From Coniocarpon cinnabarinum (taxonomy: Eukaryota): a DNA stretch of 20,000 nucleotides. Numbering within the stretch: position 1 is the first letter of the stretch; each line of letters opens with the position of its first letter. Under the pieces are notes generated by a model. The model was not told the origin of the DNA. It made no database searches and worked only from the letters and a program-made list of their open reading frames with translations. Below, one piece after another: positions 19,708 through 20,000 of this stretch. The stretch covers positions 117,655 to 137,654 of the forward strand of contig JAVECO010000041.1 of NCBI GenBank assembly GCA_051942205.1, in the 5' to 3' direction. The position numbers were made by a program, and so were the translations under genes.

Positions 19708-19944
19708 ATAAACACTCAGAGCTGTGGAAAAACGTTAGATAGGCGAGAAAAAACTTGAAAGAGGCGTTCGCCGCCACTTCCCTCATCGTCGTCGTCTTTT
19801 CTTGATCATTAATCTGCTGGTTCGTTCAGTCGTAAATTCATACTCATACATGAAACAACGCGCCACGCTTGCAGTAAAACCATAATGCAGAAACAAACGC
19901 AGAAAACCGCCACTCAGCCCTTCGCCGGCCTCTTCACCACGCTC

Positions 19945-20000
19945 TCATGCCATTAAACAACCGCTACCCTCCTCTCCTCCATCTTCACCACCCCCCACTC
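19945..20000 (-). CDS. Possible 3' end of a minus-strand gene entering from the right edge
   Basis: Purine-rich, coding-like minus strand. Two frames are open from the edge: ..VGGGEDGGEEGSGCLMA* (stop 19947-19945) and ..EWGVVKMEERRVAVV* (stop 19955-19953). Too short to identify. Confidence 0.3.
   Translation of the reverse strand, partial: VGGGEDGGEEGSGCLMA

Noticed and set aside
1..20000. Transposons, RIP-degraded repeats, tRNA/rRNA genes, CRISPR arrays, secondary-metabolite cluster
   Set aside because: No terminal repeats, AT-rich degenerate blocks, cloverleaf or rRNA signatures, spaced repeats or biosynthetic backbone genes were seen. Nearly all the sequence is accounted for by conserved housekeeping genes.

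Overview
Gene-dense, repeat-free region of a filamentous ascomycete (Pezizomycotina-type) nuclear genome. It has ten housekeeping protein-coding genes and nine short GT-AG introns (49-83 bp) with CTRAY-type branch sites. In order: SCC2/NIPBL cohesin loader (minus, 3'-truncated by the window edge, main exon absent from the ORF track), RPA12 (+), deoxyhypusine hydroxylase LIA1/DOHH (-), YJR142W/Tnr3-like Nudix hydrolase (+), RPB8 (-), hemerythrin/HHE-domain protein (-), DCC1 (-), BUD3-like RhoGEF (+), TCP1/CCT1 (-) and cytosolic prolyl-tRNA synthetase (+). A further minus-strand gene may end in the last ~55 bp. Four pairs are head-to-head on 290-508 bp spacers. No mobile elements, RNA genes or CRISPR arrays were seen. 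Most notable observations: a RhoGAP-like region inside the Bud3 RhoGEF, a DCC1-BUD3 divergent pair matching the S. cerevisiae arrangement, a ~40-aa low-complexity insertion in CCT1, and clustered Cbf1-type and Gcn4/CpcA-type motifs. Family assignments come from motif recognition by eye; no searches were run.
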